From Lama guanicoe (Eukaryota), in contig MU053994.1 of the NCBI GenBank assembly GCA_013239625.1, positions 4,698,645 to 4,736,701 on the forward strand: 38,057 bases of DNA. The letters run 5' to 3'. A program made the position numbers and the translations under genes. The notes below the pieces were generated by a model. The model had not been told where the DNA came from. It searched no databases and saw only the letters and a list, made by a program, of their open reading frames with translations. Of the stretch, positions 11,310 to 24,119 are shown in pieces. Each line of letters opens with the position of its first letter. Within the stretch, counting starts at the first letter, position 1.

Positions 11310-11830
11310 CTGCTGATCAGTTTGCAGTAGTAGCAACTATCCCCCTGGGCCCCAACCTGTATCCTTGGTGCCATTAATACCAGATCCAGCTGCCATTATG
11401 TGTGAAGTTGCCCTTCCATGCTACAGCCCTGCTTGCCGCCTTTGGGACAATGAGAGCCTGCTTGGACGAACGATGGGGTGTGCCCCAGGAGAAGGACCCC
11501 TTCTCTGACATTTCACATTTTTATAATTTTTTGTAAGGAACTTGGGAAGAGACAGGAAGTACCTAACCAGTCTTATAAATGGCAGTTGAAAGTTCTTTAG
11601 CTCATATAGTCAGAGAAAGGCCTTTTTGGAAAGAGGGAACAGCCTGCTCTCAAACATCTGGCATACAGAGGCGTTTACATACCCATGCTGGAATCAGCTA
11701 GGGATTTTTCAGCATCCTCTGCCAAACCAGCTCCTTGCTAGGTTACCTAAGGTACAAAGCTACCAGGCCCTTCCAGTAGACAAATGGGCTTATGTTTCCT
11801 CTGAAAATGATTTTAAGAGCTCTAGAGTTT
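11310..11830 (-). pseudogene. EBLG: Endogenous bornavirus-like glycoprotein (G) fragment, GP-C ectodomain
   Basis: P-x21-TG (11637-11566) with BoDV-1 spacing, then SSQ/FL vs ASQFL; CQR vs CHR; WKGNF/HIMAAGSGI (11418-11376) vs WFGRYFLGTVGSGV. Needs several indels; no TM segment seen and the upstream boundary is uncertain. Confidence 0.5.
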
Positions 11831-12049
11831 AAGCCTATACTCTGGAATGGTATAATTAATCCATAAATAAAGAACATGAGCCTAGGGAAGGTGGCTTCTT
11901 CTTAGACCAAAGCATAGAAAAAAATGAAAAAAATCAAATTGAAGTAAAAAGAAAAAGAGTCACTGAAGAATGCCAATTTTTATCATGTCCTGGCTTTAGG
12001 AATCACACATAAGTAAGAGAACAATCTCATTTCTGTCCATTCAAAACCT

Positions 12050-12240
12050 CAAAACCTATTCAGCAGCTAGTTAATGCTTTGGAGATAGCATAAAGACACC
12101 TAGAAAGAATTAGAATCTGAGCGAACATGGACCAAACTCAGGAAAACAGGGAAACAAAGTCCAGCTTAATCCATAAGAAAAGGAATAAGCAGGCTCTAGA
12201 CTGGAGAGAATCCACACTCAGCCCTGTGCCACCTTGGAAG
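12050..12240 (+). mobile_element. L3/CR1 fragment (tentative)
   Basis: gctagttaatgctttggagatagcataaagacacctagaaagaattaga...aaagtccagctta resembles the CR1 RT region. Confidence 0.35.
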
Positions 12241-13361
12241 AAGGCAAGCTAATTGGTTTTATTTGAACACACGGGAGTAAATATTCTATAAACTTGGAAA
12301 CGCACACAAAAAGAAAGCACTAAAAAAAATTAAAATTATCCACAATTCCTCAACTGAAATAAATTTGTTAGATTTCATCTTTTATTTTTCTTAGGTATAT
12401 TCTTTTTTTTAAATTGGGATGATGTACAATGGTGTCATGCAGTACTATCTGAATTTTAAAATTGGTTTTTTGTATTACATGAGCAAAACTTAACATAGAC
12501 TTAAAATGAAAATAAACATGTTTCCCCCTATATTTCTAAACTTTAATATTTCATAAATTGAGTTATTACAGAAGATGAAGATTTCACCCTCTTACATAAT
12601 GCCAGCCAGCACTGGTCACTTCTAATACTATGTCAGTTTCTGATGAAACCAGTATTTACTCTTTTCCTTATTATGATTACTGTGATTCACTGCAAAGCTA
12701 AGTGGTATATATGATTATGATTCCTTCTACCCTATTCCTGGAATTCATTTGTTTTTCTTTTTATTTCAGTTAAATATCTGCATAAGTTCAAAGGAAATAG
12801 TTTGGAAATCTGGTGTGTCTCATGAGATTTACAATTTAATTATCAGTCATCACTGGAGGAAAACCTTTTCAAACTAAAAGATACTACCATTATATGCTTC
12901 AGCCTGATGTATTGAAACAGACTTCCGTATATTCTCAATTTTTCACAGAATTGTTAAGTCCTAAAAAGTATTCTCTGATGTATCACACAGATTGCAAAGT
13001 AACATTCTTCTTATGCTGAATGTCCAAAACTACACATGTTGTCAGGAGATACATGTGCTCTTTGTTAACAAAAAGGAAGAGAAGGAAGAAGGGCAACAGA
13101 AAAGACTTTTTTTTTCCTTGCTTAGCATTCATCATTTTCAACATTTCTTCTTTGCCTTCTGAAAGATTTCTTACATCCACTTTCCCATCAAGACTACTGA
13201 GAATGGAATACTACTCAGCCATAAAAATCGACAACATAATGCCATTTGCAGCAACATGGATGCTCCTGGAGAATGTCATTCTAAGTGAAGTAAGCCAGAA
13301 AGAGAAAGAAAAATACCATATGAGATTGCTCATATGTGGAATCTAAAAAACAAAAACAAAG

Positions 13362-14280
13362 TATCCTAGGCTGCATCTTTTTTTCATTCAGGGCTTTGAA
13401 TATATCTTGCCACTCCCTTCTGGCCTGTAGTGTTTGTGTAGAGAAATCAGCTGAGAGCCTTATGGGGGTTCTCTTATAGTTCACTCTTTGCTTTTCTCTT
13501 GCTGCCTTTAGAATCATTTCTTTATCCTTGACTCTGGCCATCTTGATTATGCTATGTCTTGGTGTGGGTCTATTTGGGTTCTTCCTGTTTGGGACCCTCT
13601 GAGCTTCCTGTACTTGGATATCTGATTCCTTCTTTAAGTTTGGGAAGTTTTCAGTCATGATTTCTTCAAAAACCTTTTCAATCCCCTTTGATCCTTCTTC
13701 CCCTTCTGGGACCCCTATTATGCGAAGATTGGGATGCTTTATATTATCCCATAGGTCCCTTATGCTATTATCATTATTTTTTATTTGCTTATCTTGTAGT
13801 TCTTCTGAATGGGTGCTTTCTGTTGCCCTGTCTTCTAGATCACTAATTCGTTCCTCTGCATTAACTAGTCGGCTTTGCACAGCTGTTAGATCATTCCTCA
13901 TCTCTGTCANNNNNNNNNNNNNNNNNNNNNNNNNNNNNNNNNNNNNNNNNNNNNNNNNNNNNNNNNNNNNNNNNNNNNNNNNNNNNNNNNNNNNNNNNNN
14001 NNNNNNNNNNNNNNNNNNNNNNNNNNNNNNNNNNNNNNNNNNNNNNNNNNNNNNNNNNNNNNNNNNNNNNNNNNNNNNNNNNNNNNNNNNNNNNNNNNNN
14101 NNNNNNNNNNNNNNNNNNNNNNNNNNNNNNNNNNNNNNNNNNNNNNNNNNNNNNNNNNNNNNNNNNCCTGTGTCTAATCAATAACAGGACATCAAAACCC
14201 AAGAGAAATAGAAATGAATTAAGAAGTAAAAATTAAGAGAGTAATTGAAAATAGAACAGGTAAAAACAGATTAAAAAAAA
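13362..14280 (-). mobile_element. L1 5' UTR end plus ORF1 fragment (spans the assembly gap)
   Basis: Minus frame encodes ORF1p: AEERISDLED...IRDLWDNIKHPNLRIIGVPEGEE...PIRLSADFSTQTLQARREWQDIFK. Confidence 0.9.
13910..14166. other. Assembly gap (257 N)
   Basis: Run of n characters. Confidence 1.
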
Positions 14281-14939
14281 ACAAAACAAAAACAAAAAAA
14301 ACAAAAAAACAAAAAAACAAAACAAAACAAACAAAAACAAAAACAAAAACAAACAAACAAAAACAAAGCGTAAATACAGGACAGAAATAGACTCATAGAC
14401 AGAGAATACATACTTGCGGTTGCCAGGGGTGTGGAGGGTGGGAAGGGATAGACTTGGATTTCAAAATTTTAGAATAGATAAACAAAATTATACTGTATAG
14501 CACAGGGAAATATATACAAAATGTTATAACTCATAGAGAAAAAAACGTGACAATGAGTGTGTATATGTCCATGAATGACTGAAAAATTGCGCTGAACACT
14601 GGAATTTGACACAACATTGTAAAATGATTATAAATCAATAAAAAATGTTAAAAAAAAGACTATTGAGAATGTTCTTAGCAACAGTCCTGAGCACCTAAAT
14701 GGAGACGGCAGTTTTGCTGGCTCTCTAAATCTGAGAGTCAGCCGTCACTTCTCATTACTGAGCATAGGGTCAATGTCACTTGCTGGGATGTATCAGTGTT
14801 TTCTGGATTTTCCTTGTTAACAAACTCAGAATTCAAATGCCAGAACACCAAGGGGATCCAAGGCCATTTGCTACATCTTCTTGAGCATTTACCTCAAGCA
14901 GATCTTTAATTTTTGAACCACACTAGCAATTGCCCGACC

Positions 14940-15320
14940 CAGTCACTGCATTGCTTTCTGCACAATCATTTTTCCATTTGGGATCCTTTTCCCACAAATT
15001 TCCATCTTTGCCATTTGCAAACGTCTGGACGTCCTTGTCTTCGTGCCATGCTGTGGCCCCAATACTGCTCCTTTCTTCTCCGTTTGCCTTCTTCCAAGAT
15101 TGGCTTGAGTTATGTATGGTTTTCTCTTCTTCCCTTTATTTTGCAATCTTCTAAATTGATTTTCTTCGAGCAGAAGCATACATGATTTTCCCACAGAATG
15201 GGACAATCTTTTCACGTACACTAAAAGGACAATCAACCTTAGGGTATTTTGTATATTCACATACATATTTGTCATACTTGTCTTGACTTCCGAAGCCATG
15301 ATCACAGGTATCATTAAATA
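14940..15320 (-). mobile_element. Possible ancient RTE-clade LINE (L4-like) RT C-terminal fossil
   Basis: Across frames, NIQNTLRLIVLLV, ILEEGKRRRKEQYWGH and CGKRIPNG resemble the RTE RT tail (KLRLL...LxYFGH...GKRxxG). Confidence 0.35.
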
Positions 15321-15669
15321 GCAAAATACTCATTTCTTTCTCTTTTTTCATCTGTTTTCGACTGGGAAAGAGATTTAAATCATTGACAAGTGTATTTTTT
15401 TCTGCCAAAAAAAAAATGTAAGTTTTTAATACGCTAGTACAGGGACAGTCTCTTGAAATTTTAACTAGCAGTGGAAATGTTACACCCCTCCAGATGAAAA
15501 TTGAAAATCCCAGGAAGACTGTGAAACAAGGAGAGCACCAGGTGCTAAAAGGGAAAATGCCCCAGAGAGAGGCCAGGCATCAAGAAGGCACTGACCCTCT
15601 GAGAAATGCTCTAATCTGGCAGAGGAGTAAAGATGGAGGCAGCAGCAGCATCGCTCGGCATCCATTTGT

Positions 15670-15683
15670 CCAGCAGGGGGCAG
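15670..15683 (+). promoter_or_regulatory. CTCF core motif match
   Basis: ccagcagggggcag fits the CCASYAGRKGGCRS consensus. Motif only, no binding evidence. Confidence 0.45.
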
Positions 15684-16827
15684 TGTTGTCCAGAGGCTCC
15701 AACATGGGAGTCAGCTGTGGGGATGGGGTAGAAACCACCTGTAGAAGCCTTGAAAATTCTAGCTGTCTCAGGCATGGGACTTGCCAGCTTGAGAAAGTCA
15801 CCTCCAAATGTCTTTTTGCCTTGTTTTTCATTTTCTTAGTTTCTCATTTCCTTATCACTAGTTCTTTAGGTTCTACAATCGAACTGTGAAACCTTTATGG
15901 ATACTTTTTCCTACATCGTCAAAATCCAATCTTTTGACTTCTTGGAGCCACCTCCCCTGGAGCCCTCTGTTTTCCTTCTACAGTTCCATTGGACATTGGT
16001 AAGGTCCTGTGAGCTTGTTAAAGTCCCACCAACTGTCCTATCAATAGGGTTTCTCTAGAAATTTTGTCTTTGGAGAAATTGAACAGTCCCAATCTCCAGT
16101 GTGGAGAAGGGATGGTGAGTCTCTTCATTCAGGTAGGAAGACCTTCATCAATCTTTTCAATATGACAGTCTCTCCTTCAACTGCTGTGTCTATTGTCCTG
16201 GAATTAAGAGCTTCTCTGGTACAATGTATCATTAGAATAAGCCTTTGGTTTCCAGGGCAGTTCTGGGAGGGGCAGTCTCCTGGATTCATAGGAGAGGAAA
16301 AGGGGGCCGGGGCCTAACTGTTCATTGTGCAGCCTTTTAAAACAACTTCCTTGTTTTCAGCACCATGCCCCAGCTCACCTTCTGAGGCACGGTATTTTCT
16401 GATGAGCATTTCCTTTTCAGCAGCCTAAATCAGAATTTTTTCATGGCATCCACCCTGCCAGCTGGTAACTTCCTAGCTGCCAAAGATGTGTTGATATTTT
16501 TTCACAGTGGGCTCTTCTTCCATCTTCTTTATCCCTGCTTCTTTAAAAAGTCAAATTATAAGGAGAGCAAGAATTCTTTTTAAAAGTATTAATTCCCAAA
16601 GGAAAACACTTCCAATGCATGTTTAAGCATAAATCTAACTACTTTTTTCTCATAGATTTTGTAACTGCTTACTCAGTAACATTAACAGTTTTCAATTTGA
16701 ATTTGTATTTTGCAATATAAATGGTTTAGCATTTCACTTCCAAATTGGTGTATTTACTGTTTCTTCTTATTCCCCTTCTTTTCCTCCAACAATCTGATTT
16801 TTATTATTACCTTGCCCTTCTTAGTTT

Positions 16828-16960
16828 TAACATTAAATTGATACCAAAGCCAGATAAAGACAACACAAGGAAACTACAGACAAATAGCCCTTATGAATAC
16901 AGATGCAAAAAATTTCAACAAAATCCTAGTGAACCCAATCCAACAGCACATCAAATAATG
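16828..16960 (+). mobile_element. Old L1 ORF2 (RT start) fragment
   Basis: IKLIPKPDKDNTRK followed by frameshifted atgaatacagatgcaaaa...aacaaaatccta. Confidence 0.8.
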
Positions 16961-17084
16961 TAACCCCCAGCTATAAAAGATCCTGAGGATATCAGCGTAG
17001 TCATAAACTCTAACAAAGTAGAAGTTATATTGCTTCCCACATCTCTCTGTTTTCCTTCCATTTCTCTTAGTTATAAAACAGAAT

Positions 17085-19191
17085 GTGTAAGGGAGTGTTC
17101 TAGCTTCATTGATTTACATGCTGCTGTCCAGTTTTCCTAGCAACATTCCCTGAAGAGAATGTCTTTATTCCATTGTATATTCTTGCCTCCTTTGTCAAAG
17201 ATGAGTTGACCAAAAGTTTGTGGTCCATTTCTGGGCTCTCTATTCTGTTCCACTGGTCCATATGTCTGTTTTTGTACCAACACCATGCTGTCTTGATGAC
17301 TATAGCTCTACAGTATTGTCTGAAGTCTGGGAGAGTTATTCCTCCAGCCTCTTTCTTTTTTTTTCAGTAATGCTTTGGCAATTCTAGATCTTCTGTGGTT
17401 CCATATACATTTTATTAGGATTTGTTCTAGTTCTGTGAAATATGTCCTGGGTAATTTGATAGGGATTGCATTAAATCTGTAGACTGCCTTGGGCAGTGTG
17501 ACCATTTTAACAATATTGATTCTTCCAATCCAGGAGCATGGGATATCTTTCCATTTTTTAAATTCTTCTTTAATTTCCTTCATCAATGGTTTATAGTTTT
17601 CTGTGTATAATTCTTTCACTTCCTTGGTTAGATTTATTCCTAGGTATTTTATTACTTTGGGTGCTATTTTAAAGGGGATTGTTTCCTTACTTTCTTTTTC
17701 TGTTGATTCATTGTTAGTGTAAAGAAATGCAACTGATTTTTGAATGTTAATCTTGTAACCTGCTACCTTTCTGAATTCTTTGATCAGCTCTAGTAGTTTT
17801 TATGTGGACCTTTTAGGGTTTTCTATATATAGTAACATGTCATCAGCATATAATGACACTTTTACCTCTTATTCCAATTTGGAGCCCTTTTATTTCTCTC
17901 TCTTGCCTGATTGCTGTGGCTAGGACTTTCATACACAAAAATAAACTCAAAATGGATCAAAGACTTAAACATAAGACAAGATACAATAAATCTCCTAGAA
18001 GAAAATGTAGGCAAAACATTATCTCACATACATCTCAAAAATGTTCTCCTAGAACAGTCTAACCAAGCAATATAAATAAAAGCAAGAGTAAACAAACGGG
18101 ACCTAATTAAACTTAGAAGCTTCTGCACAGCAAAGGAAACCACAAGTAAAACAAAAAGACAACCTACGGGATGGGAGAAACTTTTTGCAAATGAAACCAA
18201 CAAAGGCTTGATCTCCAGAATATATAAGCAGCTCATACGACTTAGTAAGAAAAAAACAAACAACAAAATCCCAAAATTGGCAGAACACCTAAACAAGCAA
18301 CTCTCCAAGGAAGAAATACAAATAATCAATAGGCACTTGAAAAAATGCTCATATCACTAATTATCAGAGAAATGCAAATCAAAACCTCAATGAGGTATCA
18401 CCTCACACCAGTCAGAATGGCCATCATTCAAAAATCCACAAATGATAAATGCTGGAGAGGCTGTGGACAAAAGGGAACACTCCTACACTGCTGGTGGGAA
18501 TGTAGTTTGGTGCAGCCACTGTGGAAAACAGTATGGAGATTCCTCAAAAGACTAGGAATAGACTTACCATATGACCCAGGAACCCCACTCCTGGGCATAT
18601 ATCCAGAAGGAACCCTACTTCAAAATGACACCTGCACCCCAATGTTCATAGCAGCACTATTAACAATAGCCAAGACATGGAAACAGCCTAAATGTCCATA
18701 AACAGATGACTGGATAAAGAAGAGGTGGTATATTTATACAATGGAATACTATTCAGCCATAAAAATGACAACATAACACCATTTGCAGCAACATGGATGT
18801 TCCTGGAGAATGTCATTCCAAGTGAAGTAAGCCAGAAAGAGAAAGAAAAATACCATATGAAATCGCTCATATGTGGAATCTAAAAAAAAAAAAGAGAGAG
18901 AGAACATAAATACAAAACAGAAACAGACTCATAGACATAGAGTACAAACTTGTGGTTGCCAAGGGGGTGGGGGGTGGGAAGGGATAGACTGGGATTTCAA
19001 AATGTATAATAGATAAACAAGATTACAGTGTATAGCACAGGGAAATATATACAAGATCTTATGGTAGCTCACAGAGAAAAAAATGTGACCATGAATATAT
19101 GTATGTTCATGTATAACTGAAAAATTGTGCTCTACACTAGAATTCGGCACAACATTGTAAAATGACTATAACTCAATAAAAACTGTTTTAA
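17085..19191 (+). mobile_element. Young L1 with 5' inversion (inverted 17085-17930, sense 17930-19191)
   Basis: ORF2 frames on both strands; perfect 13-bp TSD aaaacagaatgtg at 17075-17087 and 19192-19204. Confidence 0.95.
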
Positions 19192-20784
19192 AAAACAGAA
19201 TGTGAATGTCTAAAAGTATTTAAGCCAATCATATATTTAAGTATATTTTCATGAGTTTTTTTACCATAAGTTTTTTTCAGTAATTTTATCTGATTGAACT
19301 TCTTTTTTTTAAATAAGGAAAGGGATCACTCCCTGAGATCTAGAATGTTCACTCACAAATATCCATAGGCATTTCTCCAAACTTTTGTTCAAATAACAGC
19401 AAGCAAAGTGCTTAAGGAAATAAAGCATGACCAAAGAATTTTATATGCAGCAACCACTCTTTAAGAGGTAGTGAATATTGAAGATTAAAGGCAATCTTTT
19501 TTCTAGAAAGCTTTTACATTAGAAGACCGCTCCACAACCCAGGAGGAAAGAGACAATCTTAGTAAAGTTATTTAATTTAAATAACGACCATTTTGTGTCC
19601 AAAATCAAAATGGATCCTTGGACAGCCAGGAAAAGACTATCATTCATAAGAGAAAGAGAAACAAAACAAAAATTATATTAATGTTTGATCTGAAACCATT
19701 AAAATACTGAAGCAAAGGCCCAGAGCAAATAAATGGATAGAAAGAATTTAAAAAGATGAGTGAGAAAAGAGACAGTCAAAGGAGTCCAACACTTACATAA
19801 TTGTACTCTACTGTTTCATTTCATTCTTATTGCTTGCTATGATTTTAGTAGCATCTACCTTCTTGCAAATTCCCTCTTAATCCCCATGGATGTTTTTCCT
19901 CCACTTAAAATGTGAGTTGACAGAGCTCAGAAAATATCTTTCCTGTGTCAATATATTTTCCATGAGGTCTTATACATTTGCTTTGTGTTATTCTTTTATA
20001 GAGACAATCACTTTATTAAGTTTCCTTGTTGAAGGTAAAATATTTCAGTTTTTACTTTCTCCGAGGGAATATTTTTCTTGTGAGAATTAGTCTGTCACAT
20101 GTTATTTCCATTCTTTTTCTGTATTTCCTTTTTTCATCTCTAAATAGGTCATGTGCTCTTTGCTTTTTGATTATTCATCTGTATTCCAGGAAAACTTTCT
20201 TCCATTAGTTAAAATCACATGCAGGAGATTTGTGGTGGATGGGTTAGTCCCTATTCTAGGCAAGGAAAATTGCACCCAATGGATGTAGATTTTGAACAAT
20301 GAACACCCTATGGCTTACCTCTACTCCTAACAGCCAGTCACATGGACAAAATGTGGCTTGTCTGTGTGCATTACAGTTCAGCCTCACCAACTCTCCCTCT
20401 AAAAACTAGGGACTCTTCTGCAGCCAAGCTGTGCTTCCCATTCCTACTACTGCAATGAAAGAATGTAGATTTTGTATCTCAGGTGTGTTTCTCACCATAG
20501 AGAAGTGACTTTTGCCAGCTTTCGGTGAGATCCACAGCCACAAGAATTCTCTATTTCCTCCTGTATGTATTCCAGTTTGATTAGTACTTTGGGCACTCAT
20601 TCCACCTATTTTGTGGTTGGGATTTTTAGTGAAAGCTGGAGTCCACTAAGATAGAACCTACATTTTTCTCAGCTTCCAGGCTATGTTTGGTTGATCTCCA
20701 AGAGAATGGGGAAATGCTAACTTTACACTTGCCTTTTCAGACCAAAACACCTTGAGTGGAAATTCTTGAAGATCACTTTCAGGA

Positions 20785-23700
20785 AGCTGAACTAACTGCC
20801 AATTTTTCATCAGAAACAATGGAGACTAGAAAATAGTGGGATGACATAAAGTGCTGGAGGGAAAAAAAACTGTCAAGAATTGGATAACAAACAAAACTAT
20901 CCTTCAAAAATGAAGGAGAAATTAATAATTCCAGGTAAACAAAACCTAAAGGAGTCTGTCTTTTTAGACTTTCTCTACAAAAAATGCTAAAGGGAGTCCT
21001 TCAGGTTGAAATAAATGGACATTAGATAGTAACTCAAAGCCATATGAAGAAATGAAGATCCCTGGTAAAGGTAAATACACAGACAAATATAAAAGCCAGA
21101 TTACTGTATTTTTGGTTTATAACTATGTTTTATTTCCTACAGGATTTAAAAGACAGATACATAGAAAATAAGTACAAATTTATGTAATTGAGAACACCAT
21201 GTAAAAAGATGTATTGTTGTGGTAACAACAACATTCAAGAGGGTGAAGCTTTAAAGGCGCAGAATGTTTGTGTGTTATTGAAGTTAAGTTGGTATCATCT
21301 GAAGTAGATTTTTTTTATAAATCTAGGACATTAAATGCCATCCCCATGGTGACCACAAAGAAAATATCTAAAAAAGAAGGGAATCAAAACAGTTCACTAT
21401 AAAAAGTCAGCTAAACCTAAAAGAAGGCAGTAATACAGGAAATGAAGAATAAAAAGAGATATGACACACAGAAAACAAATAGCAAAAGGGAATAAATAAG
21501 TCCTTCTTTATCAGTAATTATTTTAAATTTACATGAATTAAACTCTCTAACCAAGATGCAGAAATGGATTTAAAAACATGATCCAATTATGTGCTGTCAA
21601 CAAGAAGGTCACTTTAGAGTCAAAGACACATATAGACTGAAAGTGAAAGGATGCAAAGTAATGTATGCAAATAGTAACCAAAAGAGAGTTAGGGTGGCTA
21701 TACTAATATCAGATAAAATAGACTTTAAATAAAAAACAAGAAACAGAGAAGGACTCTACAGTTAATAATACTGTATTGTATATTTGAAAGCTAATAAGAA
21801 AATCTTAAAAGTTTTCATTGTAAGAAAAAAATTGTAACCATGTATGGCGACAGATGTTAACTAGACTTACTGTGGTGATCATTTCACAATATATACAAAT
21901 ATCCAATCATGTTGTACACCTGAAACTAATATAATGTTGCATGTCAATTATACCTCCATAAAAAATTAAAAATAAAGTACACATTCCAGTAAAAAGATTT
22001 AATATCTATAACCTAATTTTATACCTCGAATAACTAGAAAAAGAGTAAACCAAACTTAAATAAACAAAATAAAGAATAGAAAAAGTATAGAGAATCAATG
22101 AAACAAAAAGTTGGTTCTATGAAAAGATCAACAAAATTGACCTTTAGCTACACTGACAAAGAATGAAAGAGAATGCAGATAAATAAAATCTGAAATGAAA
22201 GGGGGGACATTACTACTGACTATACAGAAATAAAAGTTATGAACAATTATATGTCAACAAATTATATAATCTACATGGAATTGTATGTTGACAAATTCCT
22301 AGAAAAGCACAAATCACCTAAGGTGATTCCAGAAGAAGTAGAAAATATAAACAGACCTATAACAAGTAAAGAGACTGAATCAATAATCCAAAATCTCCCA
22401 ACTTTTTTTCTTTAATTCAAAACCAGGCTAGTATTAACTTGATGCCAAATCCAGATAAAGGCAACACAAGAAAACTGGACAAATATCTCTTATGAATATA
22501 GATGCAAAAAATCTTCAACAAAATCCTAGTAAATCTAATCCAACATTGCATTAAGGGGGTTATACACCATGACTCAGTGGGATTTATTCCAAGATTGCAA
22601 GGGTGGTTCAGCATAAGAAAATCAGCAAATAGAACACATAACATTGATCAAGTGAAGGGGAAAACCACACGGTCATCTGAATTGGCATACAAAAGGCATG
22701 TGACAAAATCTAACATCCTTCCATGGAAAAACTCTCAGAAAACTAGGAATATAAGGAAACTTTCTCAACATGATACAGGAAATTTATGAAAACCTCACAG
22801 CTAATTCAATGGAGAAATACTGAAAGATCTCCCTATAAGATCAAGAATGAAACAAGGATGCCTGATTTTCTCACTGCTATTTAATATTGTACTGGAAGTT
22901 CTAGCCAGAGTAATTAGACTAAAAATAATAATAAAAATTGGAAAGGAAAAAATCTCTTTATTTATAGATGATATGACTATATATATATAAATACACACAT
23001 ATATATATCACATACATATCACAGTAAATTCACAAGAAAGCTACTAAAACTAACAAATGAATTTGCAAAGTTGCAGAGTATAAGACAAACACACAAAAAT
23101 CAATTGCATCTCTAGATACCAACAATGAACAATCACAAAAGAAAATTTTAAAACATTTAATTTATAATAGCATATAAAAGCATAAAATACCTGAGAATAA
23201 ATTTAATCAAGGAGGTTAAAGATCTATACATTGAAAATTATAAAATATTGCTGAAAGAAATTTGAAAAGACCTAAATAAATGGAAAGACATCTCATGCTC
23301 ATGGCTGGGGCAACTTAATGTTTTTAAAAGGTCAATACTACCCCCAAGTGATCTACAGATTCAACACGATCCCTGTCAAGACTTCAAGTCTTTTTCAAAG
23401 AAATGGAAATGCCAATCTTCAAATTCAGGGGCCCTGAATAGTAAAAACAATCTTGAAAAAAAAATGAAGTTAGAAGACTCACACTTCCCGATTTTAAAAC
23501 GTACTACAAACCTACAGTAATTAAAACAGTATGGTATTAGCATAAGAATAGTCAAAAATAAACCTATACATCTATGGCCAAATGGGTTTTTTTTTTGGCA
23601 GGATTGCCAAGTCCATTAAATGAGGAAAGACATTCTCTTCAATAGATGGTGTTGGGGTAATTGGATTTCTCTAGCTGCAAAATGCAAAAGACTGAAATTA

Positions 23701-24100
23701 GATACTTACATTACATTATATATAAATATTAATTTAAAATGGAATAAGAACTAAATATAAGATCTAAAACCATAAAACTCTCAGAGAAAAACATAGGGAT
23801 AAATCTTCATGACTGTAGATTTAGCAATGGAATCTTGCATATGACACCAAAAGCACAACTAAAAAAGAAAGTAAATAGATAAATTGGACCTCTTCAAAAT
23901 TAAAACTTTTTGTACAGAGGACATTATCAAGAAAATGAAATGACAGCCTTCAGAAAGGGAGAAAATATTTGGAAATCATATATCTGATAAGGATTTAATG
24001 TCCATAATATATAAATAATTCAACAACAAAAAGACAAACAACCCAATTCAAAAATGGGCACAGGACTTGAATACATGCTTCTCTAAAGAAGATATACAAA
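20785..24100 (+). mobile_element. Old L1M: ORF1 end, endonuclease start and decayed RT/ORF2
   Basis: L1 motifs such as cagaaacaatggagactaga, gggtggctatactaatatcagataaaatagac, and [33 protein letters not shown]. Confidence 0.9.
21755..21976 (+). mobile_element. L1MA9-like 3' end nested in the older L1
   Basis: gttaataatactgtattgtatatttgaaag...tgtacacctgaaactaatataatgttg...tacctc plus A-tail. Confidence 0.75.
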
Positions 24101-24119
24101 CTGCTCAGTTTCTGAACAA

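Larger units (their letters stand above)
13202..14657 (+). mobile_element. 5'-truncated young L1 3' end with TSD, carrying an internal antisense L1 piece
   Basis: TSD aagactactgagaatg (13190-13205) / aagactattgagaatg (14656-14671); the 3' UTR is split at its A-rich tract. Confidence 0.9.

Noticed and set aside
10966..11460. Lentivirus-like integrase (CPKGGKQG..MEGQL, WQLD, GP..LEDK..GELLIP)
   Set aside because: No DDE core, no WKGP motif, no RT or LTRs. The bornaviral G-M-L reading explains the same bases together with the flanking kilobases in collinear order.
15494..16050. 131-aa ORF with a hydrophobic end, or the G/M end upstream of element 2
   Set aside because: No convincing homology; only short matches such as FSY.
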